A stretch of DNA of 64,000 nt, from positions 1,376,001-1,440,000 of the forward strand of contig OZ245742.1 of assembly GCA_965227295.1 (NCBI GenBank), given 5' to 3'. The notes beneath the pieces are model-generated. The model made no database searches. It saw only the letters and a program-made list of their open reading frames with translations, and was not told the DNA's origin. Source of the DNA: Leptonemataceae bacterium (GTDB taxonomy: Bacteria > Spirochaetota > Leptospiria > Leptospirales > Leptonemataceae). This document shows positions 36,820 to 46,137 of the stretch, piece after piece. The position numbers and the translations under genes were made by a program. The first letter of the stretch is position 1, and each line of letters opens with the position of its first letter.

Positions 36820-37527
36820 TCATTGGTAGAGGCCTTCTTTGAAAATCAGTTCGCGCACGGAGGGCGGCACGCAGCGGAGCAGCGTTGCATTGGTCGATTG
36901 CTCAAAGGGTCGGAGTGCCGCGCGAACCTCGGTGGACGAACAAGCGACGAGGGGATTATCGAGCAGCAGCACGCGTTCCTGGATCGTGCCGGCGTCGATA
37001 TTCAGGGCGTCCGCGATCCGTCGCAGCGAATCCCGTAAATCCGTATCGCTGTCTCCGGGGCGCAGAAACACGTACACACGATGATGCCGGAGAATCTCCC
37101 CGGCGCGTTCCCATTGATCGAAATCGTGCAGGCTGTCGGAGCCGATCAAAAGACCGATGTCTTCGTTCGGAAAAATTTTTCTAAGGTACGCGAGCGTATC
37201 CACGGTGTAGCTCGGGGGCGGGCGTTCCAGTTCCAGCGTGAGGATGCGCAGTTTCGCCGCAAAGGCGCCCCGGCTTTCCACGTGCAGGTCCTGGATCATG
37301 GCGCGCAGCATGCGCAGGCGTTGGGCTCCGTCGGCGGGCGGTTGCTCCGTCTTGAACGGTGAGATGTTTGCCGGAATCAAATCCAGATATTCTGCGAGGC
37401 GGGCCTCCAGGATATAACGAACGATGCTGAGATGGCCGGTGTGGGGCGGATCAAACGAACCACCGAAAACCATGCGCCGGCAGGCGGGGAGGGCCCGAGT
37501 GGAACGAGGGGTTGTATTCGATGCCAA
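36820..37527 (-). CDS. nadD: Nicotinate-nucleotide adenylyltransferase
   Basis: FGGSFDPPHTGH, SPFK, SYTVDTL, LIGSDS, SSTEVR. Start TTG 37527 or ATG 37473. Confidence 0.93.
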   Translation of the reverse strand: MASNTTPRSTRALPACRRMVFGGSFDPPHTGHLSIVRYILEARLAEYLDLIPANISPFKTEQPPADGAQRLRMLRAMIQDLHVESRGAFAAKLRILTLELERPPPSYTVDTLAYLRKIFPNEDIGLLIGSDSLHDFDQWERAGEILRHHRVYVFLRPGDSDTDLRDSLRRIADALNIDAGTIQERVLLLDNPLVACSSTEVRAALRPFEQSTNATLLRCVPPSVRELIFKEGLYQ

Positions 37528-37529
37528 AA

Positions 37530-38894
37530 CTACTCGCGAATCTGTCCGGAGCCGGTCATGACGTAGGTGGTGGTCGTAAGATCGCGCACACCCATGGGAC
37601 CGCGCACGTGCATGCGTCCCGTGGAAATGCCCACCTCCGCTCCGAAGCCCATCTGCCCGCCGTCGTGGAATCGCGTGGAGCAGTTCACGAATACGGCGGC
37701 CGAGTCCACGTTGTCCTGAAAGCGCCGGATGTGGTTCTGATTGTTCGAGAGGATGGCCTCCGAGTGCCCGCTGCCGTAACGATAGATGAAGTCCACGGCT
37801 TCGTCGACTCCACCGACGACCTTCACGGACAAACGTTCGTCGAGGTACTCGGTGGCGTATTCTTCGTCCGGATCGGCGATGGCCCGGGCGCCCGGAAACA
37901 GAGAGCACGTCGCATCGTCCCCGAGCAGACGGACTCCGGCTTCGGAAAGCTCGCGCAGCAGGCGGGCCTTTTCCGGGAAGGCGGTGTGGATCAACAGATT
38001 CTCCGCCGCATTGCAAACTGACGGTCGCTGTAACTTAGCGTTGGCAATGATGCTCAGTGCCTGGGTGTAATCTGCGCTCTCGTCGACGAAGATGGTGCAG
38101 ACACCCTTGTCGTGTTTTACGACGGGGATGCGCGAGTTCGCGCTGATGAATCGAATGAGTTGTTCGCCGCCGCGCGGGACCACGAGATCGATGAGGTCGT
38201 CCTGTTGCAGCAATGCGAGCATGTACGCGCGGTCCGTTTCGCTCACCAACTGCACGGCGTCACCGGGCAGGCCGGCCCGTTCCAGGGCCGTGCGAAAGAG
38301 TTCATGTAAGATGCGATTGGTATGCACGGCTTCTTTGCCGCCGCGCAGGATTGCACAGTTGCCGCTCTTCACGCAGAGCGCGCCCACATCCACGGTAACG
38401 TTCGGTCGGGATTCGTAGATCGTAAACACGACGCCCATGGGCACGCGCTTTTGAATCATCTCCACGCCGTTCGAAAGTCGACGGCCGAGCACGACTTCGC
38501 CCAGGGGATCCGGCATGGCGGCGATTTCCCGGAGCGCCTGGATCATGTCGCCGAGGCGCTTTTCGTTGAGGCGGAGCCGGTCCACCAGGCTGGCCTTGAG
38601 TCCCGAGGTTTCGGCGGCTGCCAGGTCCTTTGCGTTTTCGGCCAGGATGCGTTCCCGTTCCGCACGGTCTTCGAGCAGGTCCGCGAGGATCAGTAGCGCA
38701 CGGCTCCGGTCGGCGTCGGCACTGCTGCGGATGTAGCGAAACGATCTCCGGCTCACCGCGGCGAAGTCCCGGGCCGTATCGGTGAACGTTTTCGCACGAT
38801 CGTAGAGGGCTTCCAGTTCGGCGTCGCCCGGGCTGACCGTCGCCGGACGGGCGGCGCTGCCCTGATTTTCTTGCACGGTGGTGGGAGGGTTCAT
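37530..38894 (-). CDS. proA: Gamma-glutamyl phosphate reductase
   Basis: IYESRPNVT, LRGGKEA, PSVCNA, GSGHSEAI, GAEVGIST..HVRGPMG. Start uncertain. Confidence 0.96.
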   Translation of the reverse strand: MNPPTTVQENQGSAARPATVSPGDAELEALYDRAKTFTDTARDFAAVSRRSFRYIRSSADADRSRALLILADLLEDRAERERILAENAKDLAAAETSGLKASLVDRLRLNEKRLGDMIQALREIAAMPDPLGEVVLGRRLSNGVEMIQKRVPMGVVFTIYESRPNVTVDVGALCVKSGNCAILRGGKEAVHTNRILHELFRTALERAGLPGDAVQLVSETDRAYMLALLQQDDLIDLVVPRGGEQLIRFISANSRIPVVKHDKGVCTIFVDESADYTQALSIIANAKLQRPSVCNAAENLLIHTAFPEKARLLRELSEAGVRLLGDDATCSLFPGARAIADPDEEYATEYLDERLSVKVVGGVDEAVDFIYRYGSGHSEAILSNNQNHIRRFQDNVDSAAVFVNCSTRFHDGGQMGFGAEVGISTGRMHVRGPMGVRDLTTTTYVMTGSGQIRE

Positions 38895-38999
38895 ACGCTG
38901 TCCTTCTACACCGGACTCGCCCTGTTTGGCGGATCTGGCAATGCTTTTAAACAAGCAAGAACGCCGCGGATCGCCCGCACGGCAATGCCTGGAGTTAGC

Positions 39000-39470
39000 A
39001 TGAGTTCAACGAACGAACCGAATCTGCCGATCACCGACGAGACCTCGCCGGTTCTGGTATTTGTCCTCACGATCATTACCTGCGGCCTGTATCTCGTGTA
39101 CTGGTACTATGTCACGTACCGAAACATTGAACGCCTCACGGGCTCCACGCCCACGGGCAACGTGTTCGTGTTCGATCTCGTGATCGCGGTGGTCACGGTT
39201 TTGATCTGGGGCATTTACGTGGATTACAAGATTTCCCAGCGCATCAATGAACTCAACCGCCGCTACGGCCTGGACGAGGACGATACGACCGTGCTCGTCG
39301 TGGTGCTGGACCTGGCCGTCTACGTGACCGGATACCTCACCGGCATCATTTCCAGCGCCATTCATCAGCATCAGTTGAACCGCATCAATCAGCGCGCGGC
39401 GCAGTCCGCACAGATCGGCGACGGCGGCCAGGCTCCGCCGCCGGCCGTCGGCGAAACGCCGTACAATTGA
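39000..39470 (+). CDS. DUF4234-like membrane protein
   Basis: LTIITCGLYLVYWYY and Q..LN motifs. ATG 39000 with GGAG RBS. Confidence 0.75.
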   Translation: MSSTNEPNLPITDETSPVLVFVLTIITCGLYLVYWYYVTYRNIERLTGSTPTGNVFVFDLVIAVVTVLIWGIYVDYKISQRINELNRRYGLDEDDTTVLVVVLDLAVYVTGYLTGIISSAIHQHQLNRINQRAAQSAQIGDGGQAPPPAVGETPYN

Positions 39471-39495
39471 CGCTAAGTATAAGTGAGTAAGAGTT

Positions 39496-40203
39496 ATGAG
39501 TGTGATTGAATCAACCACCGCGGCGCCTCCCGGCGCCGAGAAACCCGAGCACCCGCGACCGGAAGAATGCCTCGCGCCCACGGAGTTCCTGGATTACGAA
39601 CATCCGGCGGTGCAGGCTTACATCGAAGAACACGCCGGCACGTCCGGAGACACCGTGGAACGGTTGACGAAGTTGTACTACGCCGTACGTGACGGGATGC
39701 GTTACAATCCGTATTCGTTGAAGATCGGTCGCGAGCATTTTTACGCGAGTAACATCGTCGGCCTCAAGCAGAGCTACTGCATTCCGAAGGCGTTGCTCTT
39801 TGCGGCGGTCGCCCGCGCCCTGGGTGTTCCGGCGCGCCTCGGTTTCGGGGACGTGAAAAATCATCTTTCGAGCCGGCGACTCATCGATTATCTGCGTACG
39901 GATGTCTTCGCCTTCCACGGTTACGCCGAGCTGTACTTGAACAATGCCTGGGTCCAGGCCACGCCGGCGTTCGATGCGCGTCTCTGCCGCAAGTTTGCGG
40001 TGCCGCCGCTGGAATTCGACGGAGTCACGGACGGCCTCTTTCAACCCTTCGATCGCGACGGGCGGCAGTTCATGGAGTACATCCGCTATCACGGCGTCTT
40101 TGCGGACATGCCGCACCAGTGGTTGCTCGACGGACTCCAGCGCATGTACCCGCACATCTACGAAGAAGGCATGATCGACGGGGACTTGATGGAAGAATCG
40201 TGA
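39496..40203 (+). CDS. Transglutaminase-like cysteine protease family protein
   Basis: YYAVRD..RYNPY, YCIPKA (catalytic Cys), GVPARLGF, FHGYAE, ATPAFD. Confidence 0.88.
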   Translation: MSVIESTTAAPPGAEKPEHPRPEECLAPTEFLDYEHPAVQAYIEEHAGTSGDTVERLTKLYYAVRDGMRYNPYSLKIGREHFYASNIVGLKQSYCIPKALLFAAVARALGVPARLGFGDVKNHLSSRRLIDYLRTDVFAFHGYAELYLNNAWVQATPAFDARLCRKFAVPPLEFDGVTDGLFQPFDRDGRQFMEYIRYHGVFADMPHQWLLDGLQRMYPHIYEEGMIDGDLMEES

Positions 40204-40216
40204 CCGGCCGCGAAAC

Positions 40217-41347
40217 CTAAGTATCTTCCAGTATTAGATTGTCTCGATGGATCACTTCATCCGCGCGGGGGGCCAGGTCACGTTTGCGGATCTCCCCCGC
40301 CGATAGCCCGAGCATGGATTGCGTTTCGCGGTAGCTGTAATTCGCAATGCCGCGGCCGATGAGTTTGCCGCATTCGTCCGTAATCTCAATGACCTCGCCG
40401 GCCAGGAATCGGCCGCTGACGGCGCGGATGCCCACCGGCAAGAGTGATGAACCCCGTTCCGAAAGTGCACGCGCCGCGCCGGCATCCACGACGACACCGC
40501 CTTCGGCGCGCGCGAACAGCAGCCATTGCTTGCGCGCGGACAATGGTTTGTGGCGAGGAATCTTGATGAACGTGCCGATGTCTTCGCCTTCGAAAAACGC
40601 GCGCACGGGGTGATCGTGGTCGCCTGGAAGGATCGCCAGGGCACTGCCGCTCATGGAGCAGAGTTCGCCGGCGCGCAGTTTTGTGCTCATGCCGCCGCGG
40701 CCGGGGCCGGCCGGTCCGCCGGCCTGGCCACGGAGCGCCGTGTCGAGCCGATCAATCTCGGTAATGCGGGCGCCATCTACTAAGAATCCTTCAACAGATG
40801 TTAGCAGGATGAGCAGGTCCGCGTGAAACAAGGACGCCACGATGGCGCTCAGAAGATCGTTGTCGCCGAACTGTAGCTCGTCCGTGGCGATGGTGTCGTT
40901 CTCGTTCACCACCGCCAGCGCGCCGATGTCCAACAACTCGTGGAACGTACGGCCGACGTTCAAGTAAGCGCGGCGGTCGCGGAAGTCTCGCGCCGTGATC
41001 AGCAGTTGGGCCACGGGAATGCCGTCGCCGGCGAAGGCCTCGGCGTAGCGCGAGACCAGGCGGGATTGGCCGAGGGCGGCGAGGGCCTGGCGTCGAGTGA
41101 TGTTCGGATCGGGTTGCAGTGAGCGACCGAAGTTGCGCAGGATGTGTCGCCCCGCGCCCACGGAGCCGCTGGAAACCAGGGCCACGTCGATGTTGCGTTC
41201 CCGCAGATAGCGCACCGCTTCGCGCAGTTTCGTGATCATGGCCGCGCTGATGCCGTCGTCCGCGGCGCTGTCGGTAATCAACGACGTGCCGACCTTAATT
41301 ACCACCCGGCGAATATTAGTCTGCTCGAAGAAGTTCGCGCGGATCAT
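40217..41347 (-). CDS. proB: Glutamate 5-kinase with PUA domain
   Basis: VIKVGTSL, VSSGSV, VNENDTI, FGDNDLL, GGMSTKL, SLLPVG. Confidence 0.96.
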   Translation of the reverse strand: MIRANFFEQTNIRRVVIKVGTSLITDSAADDGISAAMITKLREAVRYLRERNIDVALVSSGSVGAGRHILRNFGRSLQPDPNITRRQALAALGQSRLVSRYAEAFAGDGIPVAQLLITARDFRDRRAYLNVGRTFHELLDIGALAVVNENDTIATDELQFGDNDLLSAIVASLFHADLLILLTSVEGFLVDGARITEIDRLDTALRGQAGGPAGPGRGGMSTKLRAGELCSMSGSALAILPGDHDHPVRAFFEGEDIGTFIKIPRHKPLSARKQWLLFARAEGGVVVDAGAARALSERGSSLLPVGIRAVSGRFLAGEVIEITDECGKLIGRGIANYSYRETQSMLGLSAGEIRKRDLAPRADEVIHRDNLILEDT

Positions 41348-42441
41348 TCCGGTGCTTCCTCGGTTTCTACGACGGGCGTGGGTACGGCGGTCTCGGGCTT
41401 CGGCAGAGATTCCTCGGCCAGAGTCGGCCCGGGAAAGTACTCGAACAGCTTTTCGATGAACGCCGGCGTGCCCTTGCCTTCCGCGGCGGAAAGATAGAGG
41501 ACTTCCGGTACGCCGGTGCTCTCGCGCCACAGTTCCGGCTCGCGAATGGACGCCGCGACTTCATCGGCGAAGGCCTGGTCGTAGTCCATGAGATCCGTCT
41601 TGTTCATGACGACGAGGGCGGGGCGTTGCACCAGCTCCGGCGCGTACTCACGCAGTTCGCTCTGCAGCAATTTGATTTCGTTCGGTGCTTCCAGGTTTGC
41701 CGAGTCGATCACGTAGACGATCAGCCGGACGCGTTCAATGTGCCGCAGGAACGAGAGGCCCAGGCCCTGGCCGCGGCTCGCGCCTTCGATGATCCCCGGA
41801 ATATCGGCGAGCAGCAGCCGGCGATACGCCTGGTTTTGCACGACACCGATGTTCGGTGTGAGTGTGGTAAACGCGTAATCCGCGATTTTCGGATGATTGC
41901 GGGAGACCGCCGAGAGCAACGTGGACTTACCGGCGTTCGGCAGACCCACCAGGCCGGCATCGGCGAGCAGCTTCAGGCGTAGCAGTAAGTTTACTTCATC
42001 GCCGGCTAAGCCGGGCTGAGCGTAGGTCGGCGTTTGATTAACCGAAGTGGCGAAGTGCTGATTGCCCAGGCCGCCCTTGCCGCCGCGAGCGATTACGAAT
42101 TCATCTTCCGGGCGATGCAGGTCGGCCAGGCGCTCGCCGTTTTGCGCGTCCAGGACCTCGGTGCCGATGGGAACGTACAGCGTCAGCGATTCACCGGCGG
42201 AGCCGGACTTGTTGCGCCCGCGGCCGGGCTCACCGCCCGGAGCCGCGTAGAGCTTCGCCTTCATGAGATTGCCGAGGGTTTGCAGCGAGGAGTGCGCCTT
42301 CAGGATGACGTCGCCGCCCCGGCCGCCGTCACCGCCGTCCGGGCCGCCGTCCGGGCGAAACTTCTCGCGATAGAAGCTTACACACCCGGCCCCGCCGTGT
42401 CCGCCGCGGACACGGATTTCGATTTCATCGACGAACTTCAT
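41344..42441 (-). CDS. obgE: GTPase Obg
   Basis: MKFVDE, GGPDGGDGG, GLPNAGKS, YAFTTL, DIPG, NKTD. Confidence 0.97.
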   Translation of the reverse strand: MKFVDEIEIRVRGGHGGAGCVSFYREKFRPDGGPDGGDGGRGGDVILKAHSSLQTLGNLMKAKLYAAPGGEPGRGRNKSGSAGESLTLYVPIGTEVLDAQNGERLADLHRPEDEFVIARGGKGGLGNQHFATSVNQTPTYAQPGLAGDEVNLLLRLKLLADAGLVGLPNAGKSTLLSAVSRNHPKIADYAFTTLTPNIGVVQNQAYRRLLLADIPGIIEGASRGQGLGLSFLRHIERVRLIVYVIDSANLEAPNEIKLLQSELREYAPELVQRPALVVMNKTDLMDYDQAFADEVAASIREPELWRESTGVPEVLYLSAAEGKGTPAFIEKLFEYFPGPTLAEESLPKPETAVPTPVVETEEAPE

Positions 42442-42501
42442 AATGTTCGGCGAGGCGAGGGGAAGCTGGTAGGCCGGCACGCGGAGTGCCGGTGCCGGGG
42501 A

Positions 42502-42768
42502 TCAGACTTCGGCCGCGACGGGAATGACGCTGACCTTTTGCTTTTTGCGATCGATGTGTTCGAACTTCACCGTACCGTTTACGAGGGCGAAGAGGGTGTG
42601 ATCCCGACCGAGGCCGACGTTGTCGCCCGGATGAATCTTCGTGCCGCGTTGACGAATGATGATAGTGCCCGCGTTGATGAGCTGGCCGCCGAAGCGCTTG
42701 ACGCCGAGGCGCTGGGAATTCGAATCCCGACCGTTCTTTGTGGAGCCGCCGCCTTTTTTATGTGCCAT
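42502..42768 (-). CDS. rpmA: 50S ribosomal protein L27
   Basis: [16 protein letters not shown]...RQRGT...GRDHTLFAL. Confidence 0.98.
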   Translation of the reverse strand: MAHKKGGGSTKNGRDSNSQRLGVKRFGGQLINAGTIIIRQRGTKIHPGDNVGLGRDHTLFALVNGTVKFEHIDRKKQKVSVIPVAAEV

Positions 42769-42791
42769 GGTTTCGTTGTCTCCCTGTCGTA

Positions 42792-43121
42792 CTACTGGAT
42801 GATTTCAGATGTTATCGTCATTCGTTCGGGATACTGTTCCCTGAGAACTCGCAATCCCAGGAGCGCCGATTGAAACAAGAGTTCGCTCGCTTCGCTCCAG
42901 TCTTCCGCCGCGATCCGCGCCGTGTAGACTCCGTTATCTGCCTCGACCTTCACGGTGGGAAGATCGAGCAGGATCTTCAGACCGGCCCCGAGATTCTCCG
43001 CCAGGACCGAGACCGCCGCGCAGAGGATGTCCCGGCCGCGGGCTTCCAGTCCGGCGTGCCCTTCGAGCTTCAGGCCGATCGTGCGGTGATTCGGCAGGGA
43101 CTCGACGGCGACCCGAATCAA
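42792..43121 (-). CDS. prp: Prp/YsxB ribosomal-processing cysteine protease homologue
   Basis: GHA...DILCAAVS and L..L.EQYP. Located between rplU and rpmA. Confidence 0.85.
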   Translation of the reverse strand: MIRVAVESLPNHRTIGLKLEGHAGLEARGRDILCAAVSVLAENLGAGLKILLDLPTVKVEADNGVYTARIAAEDWSEASELLFQSALLGLRVLREQYPERMTITSEIIQ

Positions 43122-43125
43122 GGTC

Positions 43126-43437
43126 TCAGGCGTTGATCGCCACCACCTGAAGCTTCTGGAGGTTCTGCCGGTGACCCCAGGTCCGCCGGTAGCCCTTGCG
43201 CTTCTTGTACTTGAAGCCGCGGATTTTCGGCGACCTCAGGTTCTCGACGACCTTCAGTTTTACCGAGGCGCCGCTGACCGTGGGTTTGCCCAGGGTCATT
43301 TTCCCGCCGTCGGCCACGCACAGCACGTCCTCGCAGGAGAACTCGGCGCCGGGCTCGTGGCCCGTGAGGTCCGTCAGGAGGATCTGATCTTTTTCTACTT
43401 TGTGCTGGTGTCCGCCCAGCCGGATGTATGCATACAT
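43126..43437 (-). CDS. rplU: 50S ribosomal protein L21
   Basis: MYAYIRLGGHQHKV...FKYKKRKGYRRTWGHRQ. Confidence 0.97.
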   Translation of the reverse strand: MYAYIRLGGHQHKVEKDQILLTDLTGHEPGAEFSCEDVLCVADGGKMTLGKPTVSGASVKLKVVENLRSPKIRGFKYKKRKGYRRTWGHRQNLQKLQVVAINA

Positions 43438-43507
43438 AGCGAACTGCCAGTACACGAAAACCGCCCGTGATGTCAAGTCCTTCGATCGCGTACGCCCCGA
43501 ATTTCCA

Positions 43508-43625
43508 GCGTGAGGGACACGCAGGGTGGCGCGCCGCGCCAGTCCGGAGCGCGAAGCGCGGAGGACCAAAGCCGAAGGCGGAGCCCGGAGTGGCCCGACC
43601 CCGCGCGTAGCGCGGGGGCACGCCC
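43508..43625 (-). repeat. Flavo-1-like structured repeat/ncRNA, copy 3
   Basis: Minus strand: GGGCGTGCCCCCGCGCTACGCGCGGGGTCGGGCCACTCCGG...GTGTCCCTCACGC. Confidence 0.8.
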
Positions 43626-43673
43626 AAAAAGGTTTTGCCCGAGTTACTTCCAGCTGATTCGGGGCGCCCGCGA

Positions 43674-46052
43674 TCAACCACTGCGCCGCATGAGGAACTT
43701 CTCCAGGTACTCCGTGATGTCCTGGATGTTCCGGTTGATCATGCGTTTGAATTCCGGCGGGATGTTCTGAGACTTGATGACCCGGTAGTAGTTCAGCGCG
43801 TTCTTGAGCATCTTGCGCCGCGTGAATTGCTGTGCCTTGATGAGCATGGGCTTGTACTTATAGTAAGCGTACTCCATGGTGTGGTAGTCGCGGCTGAGCT
43901 TGAAGGAATCCGGGATCTTACTGAAATCGTAAGTGAGCGTAAGGTACGGCGCGTCGTCCTCGTCCGGCGGCCGGAGTTCCAGCACGCCCTGGATTTCCTG
44001 CGGCGGCGGTTTCTTCTCGTCTTCGTCCGGTTCCAGGTCCGGAATTTCCGGGGCATCCTCCACGCCCTCGCTGAACGGTGCACCGCCGGGCATACCGTCA
44101 GCGGCGCCGTCATCGGCTTCGGTGGCGTCCGCCTGCATGGGATCCGGCGGGATGAACGGATCGTCGGCGCCCGGCATGCCCACGGGGCTGAGGTCCGGTT
44201 GTTCCATCTCAAGCTTTGCCGGCGGACGATCGTAGTCCGGCGGCGGGGCGAATTCCATCGGGGGGGCCGGCTTTGCCTGCGGTTCGGGTTCTGGTTCTGC
44301 CTCGGGCTCGGGCTCCGGTTCCGGCTCTTGCTCTGGTTCCGGTTCGTCCTCAATGAGCGGCTCGGACTTTGGTAGATCGAGTTTGGGTAGATCCTGGCCT
44401 TCTTCCAGGAGCGGATGCGATTTCGGAAGATCGAGGACGGGCAGTTCCGGCCCCTCTCGCTCGGACAGCTGAACCTTGAGCGCCTCGGGGACCAGAGGGG
44501 CAGCGAGTTGGGCCTGGATCGGTACCCGGGGCAGCGGCAGTTCGGGTTGCTTCTCTTCTTCTTTCTTTTTGTCTTTATTCTTGAGGTAATCCTCGTACTC
44601 TTTCTTGCGCTGTTTGTGCTTTTCGAGTTTTTTAAGAAACTCTTCGCGTTCCTTAAAAAGATCCTTTTTGCGTCGGTCTTCTCCCGAGCGTCGGTCCCGG
44701 CGTTTCGGATCGAAGCTGCGTCGGCGATCCTGGCCGCTACGCCGTTCGATGCCGCTCCGGCGATCTTTCAGCGGAAGATTCTTGAACTTCTCCCATTCCC
44801 GGTCGAAATCCTCGTCGGTCCATCCCTCGGTGATGAGGTTGCCGTTCTCATCAAACCGAAAGCCTTCCGGGGCATCGCTTTCCGTTTCGGTGCCGGGCTC
44901 AGCCAGGCCCAGGGCGTCGCCCGTGCTGACCGAGACGATCTCGCCCATGGCCGGCATGGTGGTTCCCTGCGGTGCCGCGGTGAGCTTGGTACCGGGTGGC
45001 AGGGTGAGCTGGACTCCGCCGGCCCCACCTTCGCCGCCGGGGCCCCCGCCGCCGCCCGCAGGAGTTCCTGTACCGGCCCCCCCGGGCGTTCCGCCACCGC
45101 CGGTCCCCGGGCTACCGCCTGGAGCCTGGCCGGTCGGCGCGCCCTGGATGTTGATTTGCCCCGTGGCGTTGATGGAGCCCGTGGCTGTCACCGGCCCGCT
45201 GATGACGGTACTTTCGCCGGAAGGTGCTCCCGGGTCGCCACCGGCCGCGCCGGCTCGACCCGGAGCAGGCGCTGAAGCCGGAGCCGCGGGAGCCGAGGGA
45301 GCCGACGGTGCCGCCCCGGAAGGGGGAGAACCGGCGGGAGATCCGCCGCCGGACAGGGCCGGGAACGCCTGGGCCAGTTGCTGGACGATGCCTTCGGAAA
45401 TATTGCGGAGTCCCTCGGAGAGATTCTCGAGGGCGATGGCCTGGGTCGTCAGTGGAACGATAATCTCGGGAAACTGGAGGCTGTCCGCTTCCTCTTCGAG
45501 GTCGGTCCCGGACAGCCAGCGTTTGATGTCCTCGATGTTTTGATCGAGCTTGCGGCGGACCTCGTCGTCGTCCACGCGGCTGCGCACGCGTTCGAAGATT
45601 GCCAGGGCCTCTTCGGCCTTTTGTTTTTCTACGAGGGCGTCCGCGTTGGTCAGTGCCCGGCGATGGTAGGCGTGCCGTGATGAGCGCGCGATGATGTCAT
45701 CGGTGGAGTACGTAACCTGGAGCGGCTTTTGCCGGGCCCGGCGTGTGGACGGCTTTTGTTTTTCTTCGCCGGGAACGACCTTGCCCTCTACGGGCGTGGG
45801 CATTTGCTTCAGGGTTTCTTTGAGATCTTCCAGGCCCTCGCGGTCCCCGAGAACGACAGGTTTGCCGGCGTCCCCGGGTCCAGCACCCGGTCGTCCCGCC
45901 GGGGGCAGATCCGGACTGGAGCGCGGCCCGGCACCGTCCCCGCGGACTTCTTGTTCGCCGTCCTCCGGATCCGCTTTCTTTTCTCCCATGGCGGCCCACA
46001 GGCCGACACCGGCCGTCAGGGCTCCCAGGAGTGTGAGGATCAGGACTTCCAT
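43674..46052 (-). CDS. Membrane-anchored low-complexity hypothetical protein with DRR/ERR repeats
   Basis: N-terminal TM, TPR-like helices, Gly/Pro linkers, (D/E)RRSG repeats, EP repeats, compact Tyr-rich C-terminal domain. Confidence 0.8.
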   Translation of the reverse strand: MEVLILTLLGALTAGVGLWAAMGEKKADPEDGEQEVRGDGAGPRSSPDLPPAGRPGAGPGDAGKPVVLGDREGLEDLKETLKQMPTPVEGKVVPGEEKQKPSTRRARQKPLQVTYSTDDIIARSSRHAYHRRALTNADALVEKQKAEEALAIFERVRSRVDDDEVRRKLDQNIEDIKRWLSGTDLEEEADSLQFPEIIVPLTTQAIALENLSEGLRNISEGIVQQLAQAFPALSGGGSPAGSPPSGAAPSAPSAPAAPASAPAPGRAGAAGGDPGAPSGESTVISGPVTATGSINATGQINIQGAPTGQAPGGSPGTGGGGTPGGAGTGTPAGGGGGPGGEGGAGGVQLTLPPGTKLTAAPQGTTMPAMGEIVSVSTGDALGLAEPGTETESDAPEGFRFDENGNLITEGWTDEDFDREWEKFKNLPLKDRRSGIERRSGQDRRRSFDPKRRDRRSGEDRRKKDLFKEREEFLKKLEKHKQRKKEYEDYLKNKDKKKEEEKQPELPLPRVPIQAQLAAPLVPEALKVQLSEREGPELPVLDLPKSHPLLEEGQDLPKLDLPKSEPLIEDEPEPEQEPEPEPEPEAEPEPEPQAKPAPPMEFAPPPDYDRPPAKLEMEQPDLSPVGMPGADDPFIPPDPMQADATEADDGAADGMPGGAPFSEGVEDAPEIPDLEPDEDEKKPPPQEIQGVLELRPPDEDDAPYLTLTYDFSKIPDSFKLSRDYHTMEYAYYKYKPMLIKAQQFTRRKMLKNALNYYRVIKSQNIPPEFKRMINRNIQDITEYLEKFLMRRSG

Positions 46053-46137
46053 GAATTCTGAAGCTTGCCCACGAGGGGGCTCTTATTAAAATCGTCCTCC
46101 GGCCGCCCGGATTTGAGATCTTACGTCACGTTAAATT

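Noticed and set aside
44280-44350. EP-dipeptide tandem repeat
   Set aside because: Ordinary low-complexity linker within a CDS.
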